A stretch of 64,000 nucleotides of DNA from Octopus vulgaris (lineage: Eukaryota): assembly GCA_951406725.2 (NCBI GenBank), contig OX597818.1, positions 46,190,001 through 46,254,000 of the forward strand. The letters run 5' to 3'. Below, piece after piece: positions 24,960 to 36,882 of the stretch. The stretch's first letter is position 1. Every line of letters begins with the position of its first letter. The notes beneath the pieces were generated by a model. The model was given only the letters and a program-made list of their open reading frames with translations, had not been told where the DNA came from and did no database searches. A program made the position numbers and the translations under genes.

Positions 24960-26800
24960 ACTGCCATTTTCATCATCATCATATCTGTTTTTCTATGCAC
25001 AGCATGTTGTTACTGATTCAGTTCCGCATTATCTTGTTTATGGAGTTCATTATCACAAGATTAGCCCTCACTACTTATTACATTTTCCTTGGTCTTCTTC
25101 CATAAGCTCTTTCCAATTTGCTTGTCACTTTATCTCACTGTCATTCTTCATATGCATCACTTACCTGCATTCTTTCACTCTTACACATTACAGCTGATTT
25201 TTCTAATGCCCATCTTTTCTCTCTATTCATCTGCATGCTGAAGTTACTCATCTTGTGGAATTTGCTTGCCTCATTTTTATTTCAGCTTGAATTCAGGGTT
25301 CCATTTTCGCTACCATGCAATATCACACTTTGTGCACACACATGCAAGGATGCCCTTCACTCTTAGAGAGAAACCATTTGTTGCCAAAAGAAATAAGTTC
25401 TCTATACTTTTATCACTTTCATTGTTCATTAAGTTGCCGAAATAAATACTTATAGTAAGCCTTTTGGGAAATTGAAAGCATTCATTTTAGGTTGCCCTTA
25501 TATATGAAGTCCTTCTCCATCAGCTTGCTTGAGATCCAGTGCATTTTTTATGCACCCATAGTATACATTGATTAGCTACTGTAGAATTCCTGTTTGATCT
25601 TTTTCTGCATATCCTAACATGGCAACTTTCTAGATGTTTAACAAACCATGCTAGGATTGTTGTTGTACTGTTTATTTTTCGATCTCTTAATTCTAGGTCT
25701 TATTTCCATATTTGGAACTTTTCCTCTAATTCTTCATCTGATTCAGCAATGATGACTTGTTCAACAGCATACAGGAGTTGCCATGGACAATTGGCCTTAA
25801 ACTCTTTTGTTATATTGGCCTGGGGAAATAATATATAGGAAGGAGTTGATCATTAAACCCTGATAGACACCTATCTATATACTAAATTCCTTACTGAACT
25901 AATTGCTACCTCTCACTTTGTTGACAACATCCTTCTCACAAGCTTGCCATCTACACCCTATTAAGTTCACGAACACCAAACTACAGGCATAGAAGCAAAT
26001 TTTCACAACTGTTCTCTTATCTCCAAACAATAAGCTTGCCCTTTTCCTTAATGACTTGTCAACTTTGGAGAATTCTTAAATCTTGAGGTTAGCTCTCCTT
26101 TTCAAATTTGATAATTATGCTACATTCGGGAAAGGCAGAGATTATTTTAATAAGTCAAGAATTTATGTTGTATGGTATTTGATATACCTGTATTTGCCTT
26201 TGTTGTTCCTGTACATGCCACTGACCACTCTGACTTATTTGTCTTAGCTAAGTCTTTTGAAATTATACAGAACATGATACCCTAACAAAGCTTTCTCCAG
26301 GTTACTACATGCTTAGTGTAGTAGCTTTTGTTTTCTGATTGTGTCTCTTTAAGAAGAGGAAACTGATGGTTCTCCATTCTGGTAGAAAATGGAGAACCAT
26401 CAGTACCATTTTCTTACTGAGACATTCTTCTTGATTAATTGCTTGAAATCTTTCTGATACTCTCATAACTTAGCCCATCATTTTGATACCTCTTTAGTTG
26501 TTCCTTTAAAGAGTATTATAATGAGACTGCTATGCCAGCCCCTGGAATATAATGCTTCCCTATACTACATGTTTGATTATGTGAGTAACTAGCATCTATT
26601 CTATTTCACCATATATTATCAACATTTTGTGATGATCCTTTACAGCTCTACTACTTTCTTGTTTTCCTATCCTTAATACCCATTCAATTGTATTGCTAGA
26701 AACTCCACTATTCCTTTTTAAGAAGTCAATGTTTGATTCATTATTTTGATATCAACATGTAACAGTTTAAGATATTCCTAACTAACTAAAATATCTGGGC
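24960..26800 (-). mobile_element. Highly decayed RTE LINE of the same family
   Basis: Minus-strand remnants IGVYQG, ITKEFKANCPWQLLYA and ATNGFSLRVKG; interrupted at 26040-26232. Far boundary uncertain. Confidence 0.65.
26040..26232. repeat. Unclassified dispersed repeat, copy 2
   Basis: Homologous to 8978-9160. Confidence 0.7.
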
Positions 26801-27179
26801 GTTTTTCTGAGAAATGCTATCAGTAAATTATACAGATCTGTAGATTGTCTCAAATACTTATTTTAAACTTTGATTCACTTTGCAACTCACTATCTCTTTG
26901 CTTCATATTCTGTATAAGATATAACTCAGATAAATGTTATGCTCTTATGTAACTTGGATACAAAGAACATTAGAGGCACTACTGTAAATATGTTACTTTG
27001 CATCTATCATTTTTATACAAATTACTGGCATTTTCCTTCTATTCTGTGAGATTTAAAAAGTTTACAAACTTCAATTTATTTTATATATTTTGCTTTGCTT
27101 TCTTTTAATGTAGTCCTTTACTTATAAACTGTTGCTAGTGAAACCCTGCAGTTACAATCATTCTCTATTTCTGTTTAAT

Positions 27180-27395
27180 AATGGTTTTGAATTTTGGCAC
27201 AAGACAGCAGTTTTAGACTGTGGGGAGATAGTTGATTACATCAACACCAGTGTTCAACTGGTACTTGTTTTCATCAACTTTGACAAGATGAAAGGTAAAG
27301 TCAACCTTGGTGGAATTTGAGCTCAGAATGTAAAGACAGATAAAATGATTAGCGTTTTGTCTGGCATGATAGCTATTTTGAAAACTCACCACCTG
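27180..27395 (-). mobile_element. SINE family B
   Basis: Reverse complement of ctgagctcaaattccaccaaggttgactttacctttcatc...aagtaccagttgaacactgg. Confidence 0.7.
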
Positions 27396-27537
27396 ATTTA
27401 TATCTAATAATGATTATATATATATATATATAAATTTATGCCCCACCACATGCATATTACATATATATATATATACTAATAATATAGGATGAAGTTTTTT
27501 TGCAGAAAAAAATTTCATCAAAAAAGTGGCAGCATAT

Positions 27538-27599
27538 TAAAATACATTTAAAGGTTAAAATTATAATTGTTTATAATTTTAACCTTTAAAGGTATTTTA
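27538..27599. repeat. AT-rich palindrome, 29-bp arms
   Basis: taaaatacatttaaaggttaaaattataa-ttgt-ttataattttaacctttaaaggtatttta, one mismatch. Confidence 0.9.
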
Positions 27600-28139
27600 T
27601 ATATATATATCATCATCATCATCATCATCGTTATATATATATACATATATACATACATACATACATGCATACATACATACATACGTACGTATACACACAC
27701 ATATCATGAGTAGTATGGGCTACCACTAATTTTATGGCCTCAGTCATTTTTCAAGTTTTGTTTATCTCCATATCTTCTGCTTCTGTAAAAGTGAATAACT
27801 CAACCCCACAGACTGGTAGTTATAATGGAGTGGTAAACTCTTTCCCTCTGTTCTGACTTTTACACACACATACTTTAACTCGTTTCTCATACATGATATT
27901 CTGTTGACTGTATATATTGGAACACTGTAGCTTTTAAAATTCTTCATAATTTTGAAAAACTAGTATGTGGATTCAAATACTATGGAAGGGAGAACAATTT
28001 TTACATTTGTTTATCCTTTATATTTTACTTGTTTCAGTCCTTAGGCTGTGGCACTGCTTTGAAGAATTCTTAGTTGAATGAGTTGACTCCAGTACTTATA
28101 TTATAACATAATTAGGTGTTGTTAAATTTTATTTCTGTT

Positions 28140-28288
28140 GAGTGGTTCATGTTAGGAAGGACATCCAGCTGTAAAAATCATGCCAAAACAGTCACAGAAG
28201 TCTGGTGCAGGCTTCTGCATGGCCGGCTGTTGTGAAACCGTCCCACCCATGCTAACATGGAGGCAGATGTTAAATGATGATGATGATA
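28140..28288 (+). mobile_element. RTE 3' tail
   Basis: gttaggaaggacatccagctgtaaaa...cccatgctaacatgg...(tga)n. Confidence 0.7.
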
Positions 28289-28427
28289 TATATTTTTATA
28301 TCAGTTCCATTCTGTGTCTTTCATTCTACATGGCAGTGCAATAAATCTGTGAAGCTTCAGAATTTAACATGATGCATTATATTGAGCTCTAACATTTATA
28401 GTTGTTTCTCATGTTGGTTGTTTCTAG

Positions 28428-28574
28428 CGGGTGTGTGGTAAGTAGCTTGCTTACCAACTACATGGTTCCAGGTTCAGTCCCACTGCATGGTACCTGGTGT
28501 CTTCTACTATAGCCTGGGCCTGACCAAAGCCTTATGAGTGGATTTGGCAGATGGAAACTGAAAGAAGCCTATTG

Positions 28575-28607
<33 letters not shown>

Positions 28608-28809
28608 ATCTTTGTGTGTCTGTGTTTGTCCCCCCACCCATTGCTTGACAACTGATGCTGGTGTATTTTTGTTCTTGTAACTTAGCAGTTCAGCAAAAGA
28701 GTCTGGTAGAATAAGTACTAGGCTTACAAAGAGTAAGTGCTGGGGCTGATGTGTTTGATTAAAGATGGTGCCACAGCATGACCAGAGTCAAATGACAAAT
28801 AAATAAAAG

Positions 28810-28815
<6 letters not shown>
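28428..28815 (+). mobile_element. SINE family A, full length with internal (TA)n(TG)n
   Basis: gtgtggtaagtagcttgc...ggttcagtcc...gaaactgaaagaagcc...tagaataagtactaggcttac. Confidence 0.85.
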
Positions 28816-28844
<29 letters not shown>

Positions 28845-28958
28845 GTATTTTTGGGACTACTGGATATATGTCAATTAGTGTGTGGAGTAAAGCACATTCA
28901 CAGTTTGGGTTATTTTTCCTCTGGATCTACATCAGGAATTCTGCAGTGTTAGTTGTGA

Positions 28959-29162
28959 TTAACATTAGTCTTTATTCAGTACAATAATCACTTCACCCCA
29001 TCCTGTAACTGTCCATTATGGGTTGGATTTTGTGCATCTAATTATGTTGCACCAATATGTGCAGTTTGTATTAAATCAGATACATGCATAAAATCCTACC
29101 CATGACAAACAGTTGCAGGTTGGGTTGAAATGATTGCTGTACTGAATAAAGATTAGTGCTAA
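28959..29162. repeat. Foldback element / palindromic MITE (~78-bp arms)
   Basis: Left arm tctttattcagtacaataatcacttcacccc...attttgtgcat is an imperfect reverse complement of 29084-29162. Confidence 0.85.
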
Positions 29163-29186
29163 ATCTATCTTCTGTTTCCTTCATCA

Positions 29187-29239
<53 letters not shown>

Positions 29240-29449
29240 GCATAATGAGTTGCATAATAGTGGTTTTATCTCTAATTCATTTTTTATATATTTATAATGT
29301 GAAATTTGATTTAATACTAAATTGAATTTTTCCCTGTAAGTTTGGAGCTAGACACCCTAATATTATTATTATATATATATACATATGTGTGTGTATATAT
29401 ATATATATATATATAGATAGATAGATATATAGATAGATATATATACATA

Positions 29450-30100
29450 TATCATCATTTAATGTCCGTTTCCCATGCTAGCATGGGTTAGACAGTTCGA
29501 CTGGGGTCTGGGAAGCCAGGAGGATGCACCAGGCTCCAGTCTGATTTGGCAGTGTTTCTACAGCTGGATGCCCTTTGTAACACCAACCACTCTGTGAGTG
29601 TAGTGGGTGCTTTTTATGTGCCACCGGCACAGGGGCAAGAGGAGGCTGGCAGCATTTACGTGCTACTGGCATCGGCCACATTCAGATGGTGATTTTTACG
29701 TGCCACCGGCTCAGGTATCACAACTACAATTTCCATTTGATTTTTATTTTGATGTTGATGTACTTGAGTCAATAGGTCTCCCCAAGCACAGCAGGTCACC
29801 CTACAATCCAAGGTAAGCACAGCAGGCCGTCTTGTGGTCCAAGGTACTTTGGATGGGCTGGGGCTGTTATGTGAAGTTGGTGCAGGAAACAACCATGAAC
29901 TCACGTTATTTGTCAGGTCTTCACAGTCACAGTATATCTCCAGAGGTCTCAGTCTTTCGTCATTGCCTCTATGAGGCCCAATGTTCGAAGGTCATGCTTG
30001 ACCACCTCATTCCATGTCTTCCTGGGTCTACCTCTACCCTGGATTCCTTCAACTGTTTGGGAGTGGTACTTCTTCACACATCTCTCCTCATCCATCTAAA
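29450..30100 (-). mobile_element. RTE LINE 3' fragment (end of ORF plus UTR)
   Basis: Reverse complement of the region encoding TVEGIQGRGRPRKTWNEVVKHDL, through the 3' UTR to (cat)n. Confidence 0.85.
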
Positions 30101-30170
30101 GGAAATGACCATAAACATATATATTTATATATATATATAAGTTCAGCAACAATTTAGATTCAAATGAATA

Positions 30171-30355
30171 TCATCATCATCATCATCATTTAGCGTCCGC
30201 TTTCCATGCTAGCATGGGTTGGACAGTTCAACTGGGGTCTGGGAAACCAGAAGGCTGCACCAGGCCCAGTCTGATCTGGCAGTGTTTCTACAGCTGGATG
30301 CCCTTCCTAACGCTAACCACTCCGTGAGTGTAGTGGGTGCTTTTTATGTGCCACC
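30171..30355 (-). mobile_element. RTE 3' tail (young)
   Basis: (cat)n ttagcgtccgctttccatgctagc...gtgctttttatgtgccac. Confidence 0.85.
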
Positions 30356-30647
30356 CAATATATATATATATATATAACATGATGCAGCACGGATTTTTGT
30401 CAGTCGCGGTCTTAAAGCGACGAAAATATTTTGACAAATTAAACTTAAATGTTGAAGTGAATCGAACGACTTTTGTGTGTTTCTTAAATGGCTTACAAAC
30501 ACCTTCTACGCTGCAATTGTTTTCGTTTCAGCACACGATCTCAGATCAAATCATTTGCTATGCAAGTACATCTCCGTAATATATATATATACATATGTAT
30601 ATATTTTCATATACATATGTATATATATATACATATATACATATATA

Positions 30648-31018
30648 CGTGCCGGTAGCACGTAAAAGCACCATCCGCTCGTGTCCGTTGCCAGCCTCGC
30701 CTGGCCCCTGTGCCGGTAGCATGTAAAAGCACCATCCGTTCGTGTCGTTGCCAGCCTTGCCTGGCCCCCGTGCCGGTGGCATGTAAAAACACCATCCGTT
30801 CGTGGCCGTTTGCCAGCTCTGTCTGGCACCTGTGCAGGTGGCACGTAAAAAGCACCCACTACACTCACAGAGTGGTTGGCGTTAGGAAGGGCATCCAGCC
30901 GTAGAAACACTGCCAAATCTGACTGAGCCTGATGAAGCCTTCCGGCTTCACAGACCCCAGTTAAACCGTCCAACCCATCCTAGCATGGAAAGCGGACGCT
31001 AAATGGTGATGATGATGA

Positions 31019-31022
<4 letters not shown>
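30648..31022 (+). mobile_element. RTE 3' UTR with a ~60-bp tandem array
   Basis: Three gtgccggt.gca.gtaaaa.cacc units plus a fourth head, the standard tail and (gat)n. Confidence 0.85.
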
Positions 31023-31059
<37 letters not shown>

Positions 31060-31215
31060 TTTTCATACTCTTTACTCTTTACTCTTTTACTTGTTTCAGT
31101 CATTTGACTGCGGCCATGCTGGAGCACCGCCTTTAGTCGAGCAACTCGACCCTGGGACTTATTCTTTGTAAGCCCAGTACTTATTCTATCAGTCTCTTTT
31201 GCTGAACTGCTAAGT
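31060..31215 (-). mobile_element. SINE family A 3' part (young)
   Basis: (tactcttt)n tail + cttgtttcagtcatttgactgcggccatgctggagcaccgcc. Confidence 0.8.
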
Positions 31216-31248
31216 GTATATATATATATATATACACACACATATATA

Positions 31249-32106
31249 TCTACTACATATGTGGAAAATCAGTGTGTGTTTGTTTGTTGCATTGTTAGCT
31301 AACTCCTACTACATAGTTTTATTGATTTTGATGAAACTTGAACGTAAGTAGAGCTCATGTTTGGAAACTTCATGACATACTTAGATCATTGAAAACATCG
31401 ATAATACGGTCCCTGGAAGGTACATTTATATCTACTTCATATATCTAATTGTTTTTAAACATGCAAGGGAAATAGCCCATACCACCTGCAGTTTTTAACG
31501 AAGCAATCAGTATTTGATTCTCACGATCAGCCGACCTAATTCTGCATGTCACTATTCACAGTTTCGTACTGCTAAACATTATTATTGCACTTCTTTAATT
31601 TGATTCTTACACATTAAAGACTTCATTCATACATTTCTATACACACATACTTTTTTGAATACCTATTACTCTGATAATTCTGCATTTTTACAGTTACACT
31701 TTTTCCATGACAGTAGATAATTTTTTTTTTATTCCACAATGTATTTGTAGTGGCTTCATGTAGGCACAGTGTGGATTTGATCCTCAATTGCCAAATTTCA
31801 CTTGACACTTCAACAGTGCTTTTGTCACTGTAAAACAATAGTTTTTCTGTGAATGACAGCAGTTATACATTTCCCAGATGCCTTTGCTAAGCAGAAAAAT
31901 GTCTTTGCCTCTCAACAACCTCCAACAACCTCTCTCACCAACCTCTAACAATCTCTCCCTCCTCCAGTTGACAGTTTTTGTGCTTTTTCTTGACGGAAAA
32001 TACACTGTTTGTGGCAGTTATAATGAAATTTCTTTCTTATATCAGAGTAATATGGTGTTTCAATAGAACATCTTTACCCTTGGGAATTACCGAGTACACC
32101 AGCTAG
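31249..32106 (+). mobile_element. Non-autonomous Helitron
   Basis: A|TC start within a (TA) run, subterminal hairpin cttgg-gaatta-ccgag (~32079-94), CTAG|T end, no TSD. Confidence 0.7.
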
Positions 32107-32133
32107 TATATAAACATATATATATACACATGC

Positions 32134-32166
<33 letters not shown>

Positions 32167-32419
32167 TAAATATATACATACATACATATATATATTTATT
32201 TATATATATATATATTTATTTATATATATATTTATATATATATGTATATATATATGTAAAAAGGTGCAAAAATGTTGGAGAATCAGTATACTCCACGTGG
32301 CAGAATTATGTAGTGAAAATATGTGGAAAACATAAAAAAAGGGAAAGAGAAATGCCTTCATTTCACAAAATTTTAATATCTTTTCATAAAACAATATATA
32401 TATATGCATATTTTGTGGA

Positions 32420-33270
32420 TGGTAAAAGTCTCATAAAATGTAGTGATATCCAACCAGTTTTCGCTATTTAAATTAGCTTTTCAAGGGACATTGTGAAGTA
32501 ATAATTTTTTGAGGCAAGGAATTTTGCCATTTTGGATTTCTTGAAAAGTAAAAATGAATGGAGAGACTGGATAATGGAGGCAACATGTGGCAAGAGGGAC
32601 AACTACCTCCTCCGTATTATTGAATAGTGGTAAATAAATTTGATTTTGAAATAGGAATGTGTAGGGATCAGGTGGTCAAGTCTGTGTAGCTATACTTTTG
32701 TATAAACAAGGTTTCTTTGTTTAGGCATTTTTGTAAGGAGATTGAATCTTTGCATTGGTATAATGGAAAAATATGGAAATTTGGTGTTTTATTTCTTGCG
32801 CATCTGGCAATATGTTCGCTCATAATTGTGGCCACAATCTGAGCAGGTTAGGACGTAAATTAGGTTCTGAGAGGCACATGTGAAATTGGTTTTGATTAAA
32901 AAATTTTCTCCTTGATGGAATATGAATTCCAAGCCTTCAGTTAGGTTTGGGCATGTGCCACAATTAGGTCATCTGCATTTTTTAACTGTTGGTATTGTAT
33001 GTGTTGAGTACAGTTTTGCATTTGTTAGGAGTCTCTTAAGGGATTTGTTTTGTCTTTTGCACTTGAGGAGTTTATGTGTATTCAGAATGTTGTTCATTTT
33101 CGGGTCTTTAGTGAGCAGAGGGAGAATTTGTACAATTGTGTTGTAAGCTTCATTGTTTCTGGGGTTGTGGGTTGATATGTAAGGGTGTGATTTAATGTGA
33201 GGTGTGGTGTTGTGTTTTGTTGTCCTTGGTGTGTTTGTGTCCAATCTTTTGGCACATTTAATTCCATGCT
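32420..33270 (-). mobile_element. Penelope-like element 3' fragment (linker + partly deleted GIY-YIG)
   Basis: Minus strand reads PYISTHNP...KRQNKSLKRLLTNAK...KKCR*PNCGTC...FTCASQNLIYVLTCSDCGHNY, then SEHI..FHIFPLYQ after an internal deletion. Confidence 0.85.
32445..32490 (-). ncRNA. Variant hammerhead-like motif in the PLE 3' region
   Basis: Minus strand: tgtcc-CTTGAAAA-GCTA atttaaa TAGC-GAAA-actggt-t-ggata. Non-canonical first core strand; stems I and II present. Confidence 0.4.
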
Positions 33271-33279
33271 CTCTCTCTG

Positions 33280-33310
<31 letters not shown>

Positions 33311-33379
33311 GACCGCGTGTGTACCGTTGGCGATTTTTTTTCCTCTGTCTTCCCTTCTCTGGATCTTTCCTTCTCCTAT

Positions 33380-33414
33380 GTTTCCGATGAAGAGCTCCAC
33401 TCGAAACGTTAAAC
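33380..33414 (+). ncRNA. Minimal type-I hammerhead ribozyme motif (U4C variant)
   Basis: gttt-CCGATGA-a-GAG ctcca CTC-GAAACGTT-aaac, lying in a ~200-bp element fragment (33310-33512) bounded by (TA)n. Confidence 0.55.
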
Positions 33415-33512
33415 CCTCCTTCTTTCCTTCTTTCCTGAGCGTCCAATAATACTATATTTGTTCCACATCCTCGCTTGTTGTGTTTTTTTGTGCTTTCATG
33501 TTTGGATTAACT

Positions 33513-33702
<190 letters not shown>

Positions 33703-33791
33703 ATCTCAAGTTTGAGCATGAAATCATAAAGTTGTGTGTATGTGTGTCTGTTTGTACATGTACATCTATCTCTCTCTCTCCTTTTCTCTTG

Positions 33792-33824
<33 letters not shown>

Positions 33825-33929
33825 CGTGACCGACCAGGCTATCAGATGTTGTTACACATCGCTGGTCACAATGCGCTTCGCATTGTTTTAGCCTTCAAAT
33901 GACGCCACCCCGCTGGCTAAGCGAGCAGG

Positions 33930-33961
<32 letters not shown>

Positions 33962-33964
<3 letters not shown>

Positions 33965-34804
33965 GGTGTGATGGGTGAATTGTCATCATTTTATATTTTT
34001 TATTTCACGCATACGCATTGTTTGTTTTTGATTTTGTTGACTATAGAGTATAATAGGATCAGTCGAGCACTGTCTGTTACAAAAACAGCACCATGGCGCA
34101 ATTCACTGCCAGAAATTTGGAAATGACATGCTGTGCTGCTTGGCATTTGTGCCAGAAACTCCAATATGAACATTTCAGAGTGTTATGACAGTGCAATCTG
34201 AGGACATATACCAAGAGTGATGAAAACCAAACATCCAGTCAACATATGGTGTTTGGAGTGATCACTGGTGATGGTGATGTTATGCCTCCATTCATCTTCC
34301 CACATGGCCCCAAACTCAACACGGAAGCATACATCAAGTGCCTGAAGGAGGTAGTACTGTCAAGAGGGTGGTTGCTGGAAGACCCTATGTCTGGCAGCAG
34401 GACTCTGCACCATGCCACACAAGCAGGAGAACACAGTCATGGCCATCAGACAATTTCTGCACTTACACCACCTCTAACATCCGGCCACCTAACTTCCCAG
34501 ACTGCAACTCCCCTTGATTAGTATGTGTGGGGTACAGTTGAGCGACAAAACTCCTTGTATATCAAAGGTGAACTGAAGGCAAGGATTATGGCAGCATTCA
34601 TTGACTTAACATCCAGAAGAGTTATGGGAGATTCCAAAGTTGCCTGGAGGCTGCAGTTGAAACCAATAGCGATTTTATTGAATGAATTTACTCTTTAGTA
34701 TTTCAAGAGATTTTCATGTAATTTTGGAAATATATCTGTGAAAATGAGATGTCAGATTTATTTTCATTTTTGCATAGTTTAGATGACAGTTTATTCACTG
34801 CACC

Positions 34805-34807
<3 letters not shown>
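33962..34807 (+). mobile_element. Internally deleted Tc1/mariner (maT/DD37D-like) transposon
   Basis: TA|CAGGGTG...CACCCTG|TA with longer imperfect TIRs; transposase remnants MVFGVITGDG..PPFIF, WQQDSAPCHT, PPNFPDCN and VWG. Confidence 0.85.
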
Positions 34808-34837
<30 letters not shown>

Positions 34838-34844
<7 letters not shown>

Positions 34845-35090
34845 CGGTGGCACATAAAAAACACCATCCGAGCATGGCCGTTCGCCAGCCTCGTCTGGCA
34901 CCTGTGTCGGTGGCACATAAAATCACCCACTACACTCTCGGAGTGGTTGGCGTTAGGAAGGGCATCCAGCTGTAGAAACACTGCCAGATCTGACTGGCCT
35001 GGTGCAGCCTTCCGGCTCCCCAGACCCCAGTTGAACCGTCCAACCCATGCTAGCATGGAAAGCGGACATTAAATGATGATGATGATGATA
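34838..35090 (+). mobile_element. RTE 3' tail (young)
   Basis: Two hairpin units, the standard tail and (gat)n. Confidence 0.85.
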
Positions 35091-35129
35091 TACTCAACAC
35101 ACACACACACATATAATATATATACGGAG

Positions 35130-35460
35130 GCAAAGTGGCTGATGCTGGTGACACGTGAAAAGCTCCCTTTGAGTGTTGGGCCTCACAGAGGCAATGACAG
35201 ACCTTTAGCATTGTGTCATGCTTGAGAAGAAGACTCATCAAGCCAAGTGAAAGCAGTCATGGCAGATGCTGGTGTCGCTCAAATGGCACCCATGCTAGTG
35301 GCATGTAAAATCACCCATTACACTCTTGGAGTGGTTGGCGTTAGGAAGTGCATCCAGCTGTAGAAACCATGCCAAATCAGACTGGGGTCTAGTGCAGCCT
35401 TCCAGTTTGCCAGCTCTGGTCAAACCATCCAAGCCATGCCAGCATGCACTAAATGATGAT
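35130..35460 (+). mobile_element. RTE-derived short element (ORF end fused to tail)
   Basis: gttgggcctcacagaggcaatgac...cccattacactc..gagtggttggcgttaggaag; similar copy at 62575-62978. Confidence 0.7.
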
Positions 35461-35674
35461 ATATATATATATATGATGATGATATATATATGTATATATA
35501 TATATGAGTAGTTAAGTCTATGTTCAGTCATAGCATGACCAATGGTTATGTATCCAATGCTGAAGACTAATGTAACTCTGGGAGACAGGAATCCGTTACT
35601 GCCATTTAGTCAGTTAGTCATTAAAGAATAAATAATCCAGGCTCAGTGAGGATGGGTTATCACCCCTAGATCAG

Positions 35675-36620
35675 TTTCATCTTGCATGTGATGTACATGA
35701 CTAAGCCAAGGCAAATGACACTGCTGGACTAGGGTGAGTATGCTGGGTATCTTCAGACAGTTGAAGACTTTGGTGTTGGTGATTTGGTCGGTCCACTTGA
35801 TATCCAAGATGTGTCTCAAATTACGAAGGTAGAAGACGTTAAGACATCACTTCTGTCCAGAGTAGAGTCTCCATATCTTATTGCTGTAAAGTAACATACT
35901 AAGGATGCACACCTTATAGATGGTAATCTTAGTGTTTGTGACCAGTTTTTTGTTTTCCCAGACTCTCTTTGTGAGCCTGGCAAATATGGGGAATGCTTGT
36001 TCGACTTGCCTGTTGATCTCAGCGACTAGGGAGAGGTCATTAGTGATAATAGCCAAGATAGGTCAATTCATGGACTAACTCCAGTTTGTAGTTGTTGATG
36101 GTCATGGTGTGGGGCTGCTTGGCACTTTGGCCCATTACTTTGAACTTCTTCAGACTGATAGTCAAGCTGAATTCTTGATAGGCCTTTGAAAGTTTGTCCA
36201 CAAGTTGCTGCATTTGCTTTTCAGAGTGCACTGTCAGTGCTGCATCATTTGCAAGCAACGTTTCTCTGATGAGTACCTTGTGCACCCTTGATTTTGCTTT
36301 CAGCCTCGACAGACTAAACAGTTTACTGTCTGATCTGATGTGAAGGTAAACACCATCAGTTGATATCCCAAATGCATGTTTCAGCATGACTGCAAAGAAG
36401 ATGCCAAACAGATGCTGCTACGTAAGTTGAATGCCTCCAAAGAAGAGCCACCAAATTGAATGATGCCTTTCATGTCCACGTGAAATGATTGGACAATTCT
36501 GAGGAATCTTGGAGGACAGCCAATCTTGACAAGGATTTTGAACAGTCCGTCTCTACTGACTAGGTCAAAAGCTTTTGTGAGGTTGGTGAAGATGATAGAG
36601 TGGTTGCCTTGCTCTCGGCA
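35675..36620 (-). mobile_element. BovB-like RTE LINE RT fragment (second family)
   Basis: Minus strand reads FTNLTKAFDLVSRDGL..KIGCPP, LLANDAAL, ISLKK.KVM, TYLG, FARLTKRVW and WLSHVHHM. Confidence 0.9.
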
Positions 36621-36747
36621 CTTAACTGTTTAACTAATTAACTGATCAGTTGTTTGATTAATCATTCAGTCAGTCAATCAGTCAGTTATGTTTGTCAATA
36701 TCTTTCCATTGCTATCAGTGATCTCTTGAATGACATGCCCACTCTAC

Positions 36748-36882
36748 ATTATTATATATTGTTTACATTTGACAGATATTTGTCCTCATCTTGTTTGTTG
36801 TTAACACAATGTTTCAGCTGATATACCCTCCAAATGTAAATAATGTACATAATTCTTCATCTCTTAAATACAGAACTGTATA
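36748..36882. mobile_element. 135-bp retroposed insertion with a 13-bp TSD and internal inversion
   Basis: TSD atgcccactctac at 36735-47 and 36883-95; inverted tttacatttg / caaatgtaaa inside. Confidence 0.75.
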
